Of a stretch of DNA of 64,000 bases, positions 1-12,055 are shown piece by piece. The notes below the pieces were generated by a model that saw only the letters and a program-made list of their open reading frames with translations, was not told the origin of the DNA and did not search any database. The stretch is from NCBI RefSeq assembly GCF_000315625.1, contig NW_005434670.1, positions 144,237-208,236 of the forward strand. Direction: 5' to 3'. A program made the translations under genes and the position numbers. This DNA comes from Guillardia theta CCMP2712 (taxonomy: Eukaryota > Protista > Cryptophyta). The first letter of the stretch is position 1; every line of letters starts with the position of its first letter.

Positions 1-474
1 CCTAAGAAGTTTGTCGGGCGAATGGGGCACGTGCGGGGAAGGGGAATCAGGTCCGACAGGGTAGGGTAGTCAAAGGTACAATGAAGGGGTGGGTATTGAA
101 TCCACAATGAGCAGGAAGGCAGACGAACGGAGGCGACGAGAACGAGAGAACGAGAGATGGGAAGAGACAAGGTGAGAGGCAGAGGCGAACATGATGCGAG
201 GAGAGACACGCGAGCAGTCGCCGACACGTCAAAGTGCTGATACGAGATGATCCTGATGTGTAAAATGAGATGCGTGACGAAGGTGAATGGTGAGAGTGCG
301 ATGTAGGGTTGTTGATGCATGAGGAACTTGATGGGTTGACACAAGACCGCTGTGAAGTGGATTGATGTTGATGTCAGACAACAATTCCATGAGCGCCTGT
401 TCTTTCCTTCATTCCTTTCTGTGTTTCCATGCACTTTCCTCTCCTAGGTGTCACTCAACGGCATCTGACATTAT

Positions 475-2182
475 GTGCAAAGATTGTTTGCAGTCACGGA
501 AAACAACATCTACAAACCGCAATTCGAGCCATCGGAAACTTTGATAATTTTACATGCCACAGAAGACAACAGGGCGAATGCAAGCTATGACGAATATTCG
601 GACGAGCTCAACGAGATTTTGGGAAAGCAAGTTACCTCAACCGTGTTTGTTGTTGATTGTACACCACTGGTGAGCATTCTGTCCAGCGGGATCTCTTCTG
701 ATGTGATTTCCTGTCCTTTAGATGAAGGAATGGCCAAGAGAGTTGGCGTCGAGGTCGCTCGGGCCGGTAGGTCGTGGCTCGTTGCCTGACATCTCTTGTC
801 CTGTAGGACGCATGTCTTTGCATGACCTCCTGTTGTTCTACCCGCAGGTCACGAAGCCTGTTGCAAGGATGCTGCAGAAGTTGAACGCACAGAAGATAAC
901 ATTCCTCGTGTGTGGAGAAGCAGCAAGCTTGACGGTGATGAAGATGGTTGCCAACAATGTCTGTCGGGTGATGAGATTACGACTGTTGCGACGAGTTGCT
1001 AATACTTGTCTCCTCCTCCTCCTCTCCTCCTCTCCTTCTCTCCTCTCCTCCTCTCCTCTCATCCTCTCATCCTCCTCCTCCTCTCCTCCTCCTCCTCTTT
1101 TGTTTGCACATCCTTCTTTCCGTCACCGTCCTCCTTTCCCACTCCCGCGCTCGCTTTTCTGCCCCTCACGGTTTCAGGATTCCATCTCTGGAATCGTCTT
1201 TTTCCTCGAGGACGTTTTCATCGTGCCTGCACAGATCAAACAACAACTTGCAACTGCTCAAAGTTTGTTTCGGCATGATAATTTATCTTACTTGTGACTG
1301 GCCCCCTTCATCAGAAACATCGATCAAGTCTGCCGTTATCTCTCCTGTAAATCTCTTTGACTCAAATACCTGTTGTCTATGTGTTGGATTCTCGTTTTCT
1401 TGTTTCTTTCATTGTTCTTGCTCTATTTGATTGTTTCTTTGTGTTTCTCTTCTCCTGTTTGTGTTGTTTTTCCTCAGCGAAAATTCAAACATTTCACATG
1501 TGGACAATTCTCAGGACCTTGCCATATCACAACGAACTAGCGAATCGCTGCAAAGCTTCATGGACGGCGTGTCTTGCTATCAATCAAGTGATTTCCTTGA
1601 CGTCGACTTGTCTTGGACTCATATCACAGCGCAGGCAAGCTGCCCGACTTGCTCGTCAGGTGTCTTGTACAGATGCAAGGCGCAGACCAGCCAGACATGG
1701 AGGAAGTTGAAGGAGGAAAGATAATCATTGTCGCCGAGGTTGAGTTCAAGATTGACAGTAGAACCAAACAGGCAAGCAAGCTTCCATGCATTGTCATCAC
1801 ATTACAGCATCGTTCTCTTGTCATTACATAACATCATCATCCACGCAGGTGGTTCAGGATGTCACCTACGTAAAAGAGCTCAACCTGGAAGATGAGAAAG
1901 CAGAGGAGAAAGAGGAAACTCCACAGGAGGAGCAGCAGCAGGAGCTTCTTGGAACTTACATGTCACCTATTGAAAACCTTGCGAGTTCAACCAACAACAT
2001 CTCCCTTGACAACTCAAAAGAAAGTTCTCACAGGATTCATAGGTAATGCTGCCTGCCTGCCTGCCTACCTCTCTCCTCTCTTTCCCTACTTTCTCACGTG
2101 TTCTTTTGCTCTTCAAGAGCTGACTTACGAACTCCTCAGACTGCGTGGAGGAGACGTCGTCTCCGGCATGATGGGGGTCTTG
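475..2182 (+). CDS. Multi-exon uncharacterised coding region, possibly the 5' part of the downstream Nudix/COG0523 gene
   Basis: Successive ORF pieces (475-789, 722-970, ~1180-1260, ~1480-1590, 1613-1771, 1849-1980, 2021-2042, 2118-2182) can be joined through short GT-AG and GC-AG introns. No family motif recognised; start uncertain. Confidence 0.5.
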
Positions 2183-2295
2183 GTGAGAAACATCCCTCTA
2201 TCTTTCTCCCCCTCCTCCCTTCCTCCCTTCCGTGATCTCTACCCCTCTCCCTCCCCCTCCTTCTCTCGCTCCCTTCCCGCCCACCTCCAATCGTC

Positions 2296-2482
2296 TCCAT
2301 CACCATCTTCATCTCCATCTTCATCTCCATCTTCATCTTCATCTCCATCTCCATCTTCATCTTCATCTTCATCTCCATCACCATCTTCATCTTCATCTCC
2401 ATCACCATCTTCATCTTCATCTCCATCACCATCTTCATCTCCATCACCATCTTCATCTTCATCTCCATCTGCATCTGCATCT
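2296..2482. repeat. Intronic (TCATCT/CCATCT)n microsatellite
   Basis: Tandem hexamer variants between the gtgag donor at ~2183 and the cag acceptor at ~2530. Confidence 0.9.
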
Positions 2483-2530
2483 CCTTGCCTCTCCTTCTCT
2501 TCTTCTCCTCTTGACTTGTCAAACTATCAG

Positions 2531-5233
2531 CTGGGCAAGGAGACTGCGATGCCCAACAAGCTCTACAAGAATGTCATCGGAGACGCCTCAGGTAGACGCC
2601 AGCTTGGCCGAGGAGAGAGGGAGAGCTGAGAAACCTCTGCAGGGACCATCTCCATCATCTACTCTCAAGCTCTCCGACAGGCCGCAAACTTCCAGCGAGG
2701 AGGCACGTACCGACTGTCCGGGCAGGTTCAGGCAGCGCAGGGTCACTTCCTCCTCCTCCTGTCCTCATGCTCTCCAGCAAGGTCGAAGGTGCTGGAGGAC
2801 AAGGTCGACGGCTACGCGGCCGCTGTCTCAGCCTCACACCCCAACGCCACCTCCTCCTTCACGCGCTACTTCGGCGTCCTCCTCCTGCGCGGCTCCAAGT
2901 GCGTCCTGGTGCGCAGCAAGGAGCAGCCGGCGAGATGGGAGGGGCTCAGGATACCCATGGAGAGGATGAAGGGGACGGAGACGATGGAGGAAGCGGCGGT
3001 CCGAGCCGTCTGCGAGCAGTGCGACTTGAGGGAGGAGGAGTTGAGGATATGCCGTGAGATGCCTCCTAGCGTCTTCTACCGCAGGGCCGAGGGAGGAGGG
3101 AAGGAGGTCGTCACGATCTTTACGGGGTTTGCGACGTTTCCTCCCCCTGAAGACGGAGCCATGGACGACGAGGTTTGAGCGGTCGGTGTAGGGAGGGAGG
3201 GGAGTGACGGGCATGCAGGAGGAGGAGGAGGACGAAGACGACCTGTACGACTGGTTCTCGTTCGAGAGCGCCTTCGCGCAGCTGAAAACGGAGGAAGAGA
3301 GAGAGGTCATGAAGAGCATTGCGCAGCAGCTTCAGCGGGCTCACGACGCCGGCATCCTCCATGTGGCTCCATGGCAGCGGGGAGGAGTGTTCGGTGCCAG
3401 ATTCCTGAGGAGTCAACTCAACTTCGATCCGAGGAGCAGGCAGGACGCGGGGGGCGCGTTTCCCCTCTCCTCCACCTCCTCAGCTCCTTCCCTTCCCAAC
3501 TTCAGCCTCAACCCTTCGAGCTCTCCAAACTTCTCTCTTGCTCCTGCAGTCGCAAAGAGCGGCAAAGGAGCATCTGCAGACCTTCTAGCCAGTGCCCTGA
3601 GCGGTGCTGCAGCGAGCGCAGGAGGAGGAGAAGGAGGAGGAGGGTCTAGGAAGAGGCTGCCGGTCACCCTGCTGTCCGGGTTCCTCGGGGCGGGCAAGAC
3701 GACATTGCTGCAGCACATCCTCACGAACCAGCAGGGCATGCGAGTCGCCCTGCTAGTCAACGATCTCTCCGACGTCAACGTGGACGCGGCGCTAGTGGGA
3801 GCTCCGAGCTTCAGCGTGACGAGGCAGGAGGAGGACCTGGTCGAGCTCTCCAACGGCTGCATCTGCTGCGTCCTCCGCAACGACCTGCTGCGCGAGATCC
3901 GACGGATTGCGAGCTCGGGGCACTTTGACTACCTGCTGGTGGAGAGCACGGGGGCTGGTGACCCTGCGCACGTCGCCGACACGTTCAGCTTCGAGGACGA
4001 CTCGGGCTTCAAGCTTGACACCGTCGCTCAGCTGGACACAATCGTGACCGTCTGCGATGGCAGCTCGCTGCTACGGGAGCTGAGAAACCCCGCGGACGTG
4101 AAGGGCCAGGCGGAGGCGCTGGGGAGGATGACCGTCGCGCAGCTCATGGCGCAGCAGGTGAGATTCAGCTGGGGTGAGAGGTGGGCGGTTCTGAGCTGAG
4201 CTGGCAGATTGAGTTTGCGGACGTGATTGTGCTGAACAAGATCGACCTGTTGGACGCTCCCTCGCTGGCGCTCGCGCATGCTCTCCTCAAGGAGCTCAAT
4301 CCGGCTGCAGAGGTCTGTCCCAGCAAGAGGAGCGTGGTGGACTTGAACAAGATCCTCAACACCGGCAAGTACGAGAGGCGATCGAGCACAGCGTCCCTCC
4401 TCAGCAGGCATCAGGACCTTCCTCCTGCCTCAGGCGTCTGCACCCGCCCCGGGTGCGACAACCACGAGCACGGGCACGAGCACGAGCATGGTGGCATCGC
4501 CGGCCACAAGTCGGAGGCAGAGAGGATGGGAATAACGAGCTTCGTCTTCCGCCACAGGCGCCCCTTCCATCCGCAGCGGCTCTTCCTCCTTGCTCAGTCG
4601 TTCGAGTCTCGGTATTTACTCTTCTCCCTCCCCCCCTCCCCTTCTCCGCTCTGATGATCCCTACTGGGTTACTCTACTCATCCTGCTCCTCCTCCTCCCT
4701 CTATGACTGCTTCTCAGCGTCGGCAAGAGCGTGCTCCGCAGCAAGGGCTTTGTGTGGATTGCAACGAGGCCGGATGTGAGCGTTTGCTCTTGCTCCTGTT
4801 ACGATTCTCACCTGTCCTCCAGCTCATGGGCCAGTGGAGTCAGGTTCCTCCCCAGCAGCATTGTGGGATCATGACTTGTGCTGCAGGCTGCATCCAACGT
4901 GGAGGTGCGAGCTGGGGAGCCCTGGTAACATCCGAACTGCTTCCTCCTCCTCGTCCTCCCTTGAGCTCCTCCTCCATTTCGTCTTTCTCTTCCTTCTAGC
5001 TGACGCAAGCCAGGTGGGCCATGGTGGATAAGAAGGAATGGCCCCAGGGGATGGAGCAGGAGGTTTTCAGCACGGGGGTGAGATCCTTCCTGCAGCAGCT
5101 CCTGACCTGATGTGCACTTGTAGCTGTGGGATGACAAGTACGGGGATCGACAGCAAGAGATAGTCATCATAGGCATCGACATGGACGATGAGCTTGTAAG
5201 GTCGCAGTTCGCAGAGTGCATACTTACAGGTAC

Positions 5234-5268
<35 letters not shown>

Positions 5269-5425
5269 ATCGTTTCCCTTCCTCCAGCCCTCGAGTTTCT
5301 CCCTGCCTGATCGTCCCCTCCACATGACTCTCTTGGTGTGAAAACAGATGCCGAGATGGCCGAAGAATGTCCGGGAGTTGTCTGGCCAACCTTGAAGGAT
5401 CCATGGCCGACCTGGGAAACTGAGG
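2531..5425 (+). CDS. COG0523/CobW-family (G3E) metallochaperone GTPase with an N-terminal degenerate Nudix-like domain; multi-exon
   Basis: Walker A GFLGAGKTT, metal-binding GCICC, Walker B ESTG, NKIDL, His-rich HEHGHEHEHGGIAGH, and C-terminal CobW_C motifs RRPFHPQRL, RSKGFVWIATR, YGDRQQEIVIIG. The upstream exon 2789-3173 has a Nudix-box-like ETMEEAAVRAVCEQCDL. Confidence 0.9.
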
Positions 5426-5649
5426 AAGAGTAAAATCGCTACTAGAGTCGAATTCTCCCTGCAAATCTTTACACCTCAAGTATGACACTCTACATTCCTG
5501 TTTGAAAACTCCTGATAGTCTACGTCTACATGAAGCCAAGTCATGCGAAACTGAATCTCTTTCCCATGTTGATCATTTTGCGACTGGCATTGTATACCGG
5601 CATGATTCACAGTTGTCGCAGAAGTGAAATATCATTGAGTTCACCACCC

Positions 5650-7088
5650 TTGCAAAGACCAGGGTAACATGAAAACATCAGAGTTTTCGAGTAACTTTTC
5701 GACCTGTATTGGAGACATAAAACTTCGCTACCCAACTTCCAGGTAGATTCGACCCGACCCTGTCGAGGATGGGAAAATTCCATCTTTATCGGGTTCTGTG
5801 CTTCTTTTGGGGGCTGGAATCGAATCCTGAAATCACAATTCAGCACCGCAATACAGCGTCCGAGTGGACAAATTTCACATAGCATGAGGTGACCAAAGGG
5901 ACAAGGACTCACCATCTTCATCCTCTTCTACCTCCCCATACTCTCCGTCTCCGAACTCTTCCCCTCCGATGCCGAATGGAAACTGGCCCATTCCACTTCC
6001 ATCATCGATCTGCACGCCAATTATCAGGGATCCGCAAAGAGACCCACATTTCTACTTACAAAATCTCCTCCTTCAACTCCCACATCCACCCCCTCCTCCT
6101 CCTCTTCCTCCTCCTCCTCCTCCTCCTCCTCCTCCTCATCTCCCCCTTCAAAGTTTTCTATGATTCCTGCAATCATATTGCCTTGATCGATACCGGCAGC
6201 CTTAAATGGCCCAAGTCAGAATGATACAATGGTGTTAGAGCAGAGATAGATGCCACGTGCAATAAATTCACCTCAATATCGTCAATTGCACCGGCGTCGA
6301 AGACTTCCTCTTCTCCCTCTTCCTCTTCTCCCTCAACTTCTTCCCCTTCCCCTTCATCTCCCTCCTCCTCTTCTCCCTCCTCGTCGTCTACAACTGTAAG
6401 CCAAGGAAACAAAGTTCACAGTAAGGACCGAAAGTCTAGCAGGAGTATTACCTCCAGCTTGAAAGGCAGCCGCGTCTACAACGAAAGCATTCCACTGAAA
6501 TTCAGCAAGTCAGCCTTTCAAAACCTGATATCAATCGCGCCAACGTACATCTTCCATGTGTAAATCTTCTGCATCCTCCCGAGCCAAAACGATATCGCCG
6601 AGGATATCTGACACTGCTAACGAATGAGCACAGGGAACATCCCCACCTCACGCATGCCCCCACCTGTCCCAGCATCGGGCGGAGGCAGTTCATGATTGTT
6701 CGGGTCCAAAGTTGAAGTGTCCTGGGAGGTGAAAGAAGTGCGAGTTATTATCTCGCATCCGCCAAGCGCTTATACGCTTCAAATCTAACCATCTTATCAT
6801 GGTCCAGACCCCACACGTCGACCCTCATTGCTCCATACTTGGCCAGCAACACAACAGGCCCTCCCAACTGCAAATCGCGTCATGAACTTGCGACGGCTGT
6901 TATTGGGTCGAACCACTTTTGAGATCCATTCCGTATCTTCTATGTCGGCCCATGTCTCCACTGCATTTCCATCGGTCTGACGACATCGTCAGACGCTGAC
7001 AGGCGACAGCCCCTCGAGCGGGGAAACAGGAAATGAGGCACAACATATGTACCTTGAGTAAGACGACTTTCACGCCGTTGTCAGCCAT
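5650..7088 (-). CDS. Multi-exon uncharacterised protein with a long acidic C-terminal tail
   Basis: Spliced reading MADNGVKVVLLK|TDGNAVETWADIED...LGGPVVLLAKY...DPNNHELPPP...ILGDIVLAREDAEDLHMED|WNAFVVD...EEGEEEE with short GT-AG introns. The 3' end is approximate. Confidence 0.65.
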
Positions 7089-7339
7089 GCCAGACTGCTT
7101 AATTCACGGCTTGTCCTGATTCAACTTATTTTGATCCTCTGTTCGGCACCCTCCTTCTGCTCAAGTCTCCTTTCCCCTTCTGCCCCTGCTGATGTTGTTC
7201 TTTGTCGTTGCAAGGATGGTGTGCCTTCTCCTTCCTGCTGCTCGCTTCCTCTCCCTCCTCTTCTCTCACCCCTGCCTCCTCTTCCTCTGTTCCTCGGATT
7301 CGCCTCCACCGTATTGAGGATTGATCCTCAATACGGAGT

Positions 7340-8960
7340 ATTTGGAGGGGTGCAGAATTGATTGAGGGGGTGGGGGTACTACCTACCGTGTCAACCATGG
7401 TATGTTTCATTGGGAAAAGGGCTTACCGCTTTAAGAGTCGTCCCTGACGTGCATATCACGTGGGGGTGGGGGATGAAGAATTGGGGGTGGGGGTCCAACC
7501 CCGATCCTCAGCTTTTGTGTGGAAAGGCGGGAAAGAAAATCACTCTAAATATAGTTTTAAATTAAAACTTATAAAAGAATCAGTACCAGAAACCAACTTC
7601 TTCGTTCTGTACTGGATGTACAAAACCCTATACCTCAGGCCTAGAATATATAGTTGTTTTAAACTCGTTCTCCTCAATAAGTAAATATATTGGTACAACT
7701 TATTAATAATGACTAAGATTAAGTACCAATGAAGGTGATTGTGGTACAAACCGAGAGCATCAGACGCTTCATTTTGTACCAGGTCCGATCTCTTGTTTTT
7801 TCAGTACTTATCAGTCGCCTGAGTGATCGAGTCCGATCAGTCGGCTGCTGGGCCCGGGCCGGCCGCCCGGCGGAAGCGGAGCCGCTGAGCGGCCCGGCGG
7901 GCCCCCGGCGGACTCGCCGCCGCCTCAGTACTTTAGCGGCCGAGTCTCGGCTGAGCTCGCTCCGAGCGGCTCAGTTACGACGGTACTACGGTCGACTCAC
8001 GCCCCGGCGGCCGCCGGGCCGAGTCAGGCCGCGGCGGCCGGCGGCGGCCGCGCCCTGAGGCCGGGCCCGGCCGCGTCACCGGGCCCCGATCCGATGATCC
8101 GACCGTACGGCGTCACGGCGTCCGACAGTGGCTCGGAGCCTCCCGACTCCGATCGGCGGCGGCACTGCGCCGGGCAGCCGCGCGGCCGCGCCGCGCGCCT
8201 GTTCAACTTGGCAAGGCTAAGTTGCTTGAACTCAGTTAGCCGGGCTCAGTGGTGACACCCGGTCACCGTGACTCCCGGGGCCTGGCCGGGCCGGGCGCCA
8301 AATCGGACTCGCAGGCTCAGTAAACTTTTACTCAATCCTTTACTCAAAGTTAAGTTAAAAACAGTACGAGGCACGCCGTTGTTTCGGAGTCAGGTGCAGG
8401 GGTAGGGGGGTAGGGTACTGCGGTCGTGTGCCGTGAGTTGTGAAAAATCCAAAAATCTTTTTCAGGTTGAGTAAGGGTAGGGTAGTAGAGGACCCCCCGG
8501 TGGTCGCGGGGGGCGGGGTACTGCCCTGATCATCGGACGGCGCCGCGGATACCGGGCCGCCGGAGGGGCCCAGTACCCGTAGTACCGTACTACCGGGGTG
8601 ACCGTATCCCCCCAGGCTGAGTAGGCTAGTACCCCTAGAGGTGACCGGGGGGTCATCAACTTGCCTTGCAGGGTATCCGAAGTCCTTGTGATGGACCATC
8701 GGAGTCAGGGGGGGTGGGTCCTACTCGGGGTAGTAAAAGGCAGCGGGTGTAGTGGTGCTACTTTGACAGCTACTAGGGTAGGGTGGTCTTTCCGGGAAAT
8801 GCATACGCTGAGGGGTGTCTTAGGGAGGTATTAGGAGCATAAGGGTAGGTCGAAATCTGAGGGTCAGTGGGGTACTGTATTTGGAAAGTAGGGTAGGTAG
8901 TGGAGTCGGTGGCATGTGGTGAAATACCCAGGAGGGGTGGGGTGGTAGCCGAGGGGCACC
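7340..8960. repeat. Compound intergenic island: GGGT-rich (7340-7510), AT-rich (7540-7800), GC/palindrome-rich (7840-8320), shared motif (8338-8370), GGGT-rich (8380-8960)
   Basis: Abrupt compositional blocks with no credible CDS. The motif ctttactcaaagttaagttaaaacagtacgagg recurs at 32001. Confidence 0.6.
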
Positions 8961-9524
8961 AGAAGAAGGAAAAAAGAAGTCATTGTGGGAGAGAAAAAAA
9001 GGAAAAAAAAGAAACACAGGGAGAGACAACGCTAGTAAAGGTCAAAGCCTTAGGCTCGTATCCAAGTTGTAGCTCCTCGTGTCAAGTGTAGGTTTTCTTT
9101 GCGCATTGAGTCAGTAGCAATTCAACATCACCGCAACCAGTGTTCTGTGACCTGCCGCACTGCGCGGCAGCCTACTGTTGACTTCGGCAACTTTCTGACA
9201 GTCCGCGACGAACACCACACATTTGAACAGGGGTTCCTAGTTGCTCCTCAAGCCAAACTCTGCTTTGATACCTCATCTTCCTGTGTACATGCCACTGCCC
9301 TTGCTGTTGTTTTTCCTTGCGATGATGGTTTCGAAGACTTGAATCTCTAGTTCAGCTCAGGAAGTAGATGCGCTATTTTGCAACGTGCATGTCTGAGAGC
9401 GGCCTAAGCGTTTAGTTGCCCACCGAAGGGTTGCAACTTAGAGAAGTTGCTCGGCGCCAGAGAGTGACAGCCTTTCAAATGCGTTGGATTAGACTGCAAG
9501 CTGACGGTGCTAAACAGGTTCTCG

Positions 9525-11324
9525 ATGGCTCCGAATCACTTCAAGATCCAGTCTCGGATGCCCGACAAAAAGGGGCAGCTGAAGTACGTAAACTTTAGTG
9601 CTGTGAGCCTCCTGACAAATACTGCAGGAAATTCGGTAAAATCCTTGGGAGAACTGTCTCCAGATGGTACAAGATTGAATGGCAAGGACCGACGGCTGTT
9701 CTGTTGGCATACAAGACCGCAGCAATGACTGGTGCACCCAAGGTCATCTCCCTGGAGAATTGTTTCGTCAAGGCATGCCAAGAGAAAGACACGAAAGCGG
9801 CAGAAGCAGGATACTGTATTGAGCTTGAAGTGAAACTGGAGAATAGCAAGAAGATCCACCATTTCTTTGCCGATAGCGAGATAGATAGATCAGAATGGGT
9901 GCAAGCAATCAGGAAGTCGGCTGTGAATTCCTCAATTGACAACGGGTATGAAATCCATCGCAACGATAAGAACAGCAAGCTGGGCTCAGGGTCGTACTCT
10001 ACTGTGTGGAAGTGTTATGACCGCGAATCGAGAAAGGTATTCATGCTCTACCATTCCCTGTCCGCGCGGTGTGATGGCACTGCAGACTTGGGCTCTCAAG
10101 GAAATGATGAAGTCGAACGTGAAGAAGGAGGAAGAGGAGTATTTGCGAGTGCGTCACTCTTTTGGTCACGTATTTTGTGCTCAACCGTTCTATTCTGCAG
10201 GAAGAGGTTAAAATCAGCACACTGGTAGGCTCTCACGACCACATCGTCTACATGAAGGAGTTCGTGGAGAACAAGGACAGGTGAGCAAGAACGTTTTTCG
10301 CGGTTGCGCTCACCATGGTTGACAGGTATTACATCGTCCTGGAATTTCTTTCTGGAGGTCAGGGAGCTTGTTTTGCTTTCACATGTACCAAGTTGATGAC
10401 CGAACACGCAACAGGAGAGTTGTTTGACCGCATTGTGGACGCTGAGGGTGGACATTTCACTGAGAAGGATGCTGCTGGAATCATGTGCCAGGTGACTGAC
10501 AGCAACGAGACATCACTAGGTGTCAATCTAACTCAAACCCTCCAGCTGATGGGAGCCCTCGCGTACTTGCACTCGAAGAAGATTGCCCACAGAGACTTGA
10601 AGCCTGAGAACTTTCTTCTGGTCGAGCACACTTCCATCCAATCGGCTGTGGTCAAGATAGCAGATTTCGGTTTCGCCTGCCATGCTGAGACCTCCAATGG
10701 GTTGCACGGACTGTGCGGTTCTCCCGGGTATGTGGCCCCTGAGATCCTCAAGGAGGAAGGAGGCTATGGGCTCCCGGTGGACATGTGGAGCATGGGCGTC
10801 ATTCTCTACATCCTCCTTTCTGGAATCCCCCCTTTCGCAGGAGAGAGCGATGAAGAAAGCTTCGCGATGACGATCCGTGGGTACTATGACAACTCGGTAG
10901 ATGATCGCTCGCTGCCCGTTGGATGTGCTAACGGTGGATCACAGTGCTTGAACGAGGTGTCAAGTGCAGGTCAAGACCTTGTTGCTAAGATGTTGACGTA
11001 CAACCCCGCCAAGGTCCCTCCCTTCTCAAGCAGATCCCCGATGCACTGACTGTTTTTTCAGCGCATCACCGCCGCGGATTGCCTCAAGCATCCTTGGTTG
11101 ACGGGCTCGGCCGGCGACAAGGTCCTGGCTGTACAGGAGAACCTTCGCTCCTGGCGCGCTCGCATGCGCTTCAAGAAGGCCATCATCGCCACCGTCGCCA
11201 CCACCCGGTAGGGCATCGAGACAGTCGAGTGAGACGAGCTTCCCTCACTCTGCTCTGCAGCCTTCACGCCATTATGCGTCGTGCGGCTCAGCGACCCGAT
11301 GCTAAGAGGGCAGAACCAGGTTGA
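9525..11324 (+). CDS. CaMK-group Ser/Thr protein kinase with an N-terminal PH domain; multi-exon
   Basis: PH-like KKGQLK...HHFFADSEIDRSEWVQAIRK; kinase motifs LGSGSYSTV, ALKEM, HRDLKPEN, DFG, GSPGYVAPE, DMWSMG; basic amphipathic tail RMRFKKAIIATVATTR typical of calmodulin-binding segments. Confidence 0.92.
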
Positions 11325-11662
11325 GTTACTTTGCTGCTTCAAAGTTCTCCTGATGCCTGCTGCAGCTGCCGAGTTACCTAATTCTTCATAACGACTCCGT
11401 CATAAGGATTCTCCGCGTTATCGCATCGCAGGCGCAGAACGCGAAATCTTACGAGTACCCTTTCACAGACTTTGCAAGAAGATTTTGGGATGGCTCATGA
11501 AAAGTCGACACTTCCATGGTTGTAATAGATTTTGCCTTGTTTCTCTTGCTTTTGCCGTACTTCTGGACGCACCAGGAGAGAAGTAAAATCCAGTATCGCT
11601 GCCTGTTTCTGTCTCTGAATCTCCACCTCCACCATCCACCTGTCTTTGACCTTTTATTCTCA

Positions 11663-11830
11663 CTTATCGCCTCCTCTTCCAATCGGCATTTCACCTTCAA
11701 CTAACTTATCGCCTCCTCTTCTAATCGGCATTTCCCCTTCCACTAACTTACCGCCCCCTCTTCTAATCGGCATTTCCCCTTCCACTAACTTACCGCCTCC
11801 TCTTCTAATCGGCATTTCCCCTTCAACTAG
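11663..11830. repeat. Minisatellite, 4 x 42 bp
   Basis: Unit acttaYcgccYcctcttcYaatcggcatttcMccttcMacta repeated four times. Confidence 0.92.
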
Positions 11831-11982
11831 CTCATCTCCTTCCTCCTGTCATGTTCATATGCTCTGCTCTTCTTTCTCCGACGATATCGACAACCTTGCA
11901 CCCTGAACACCTTCCGCCATCACCAGTGCCCATCATGGCAAGGTATACAAATGCTATGCGCCATCAATTTAATTGGCTTGGT

Positions 11983-12055
11983 GTCGGAGTGGCCTAATGG
12001 ACAAGGCGTCCGCCTCCGGAGCGGGAGATTCCGGGTTCGAGTCCCGGCTTCGATG
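11983..12055 (+). tRNA. trnR-CCG: tRNA-Arg (anticodon CCG), intronless
   Basis: Cloverleaf with acceptor GTCGGAG/CTTCGAT, D-arm with A-box TGGCCTAATGG, anticodon arm TCCGC-CT-CCG-GA-GCGGG, T-arm CCGGG-TTCGAGT-CCCGG. Length 73 nt; a T4 run lies ~30 nt downstream. Confidence 0.95.

Noticed and set aside
2136-2969. Poly-HL, poly-MK/ME and poly-SP ORFs (also at 24149-24958, 26236-27453, 29095-29743, 56346-56763)
   Set aside because: Translations of intronic microsatellites.
7729-8699. Arg/Pro/Gly-rich ORFs in GC islands (also 60651-61276)
   Set aside because: Expected from extreme GC content; no domain, splice or codon signal.
11646-11906. ORF with ISPSTNLPPPLLIG repeats
   Set aside because: Product of the 42-bp tandem repeat; no independent support.
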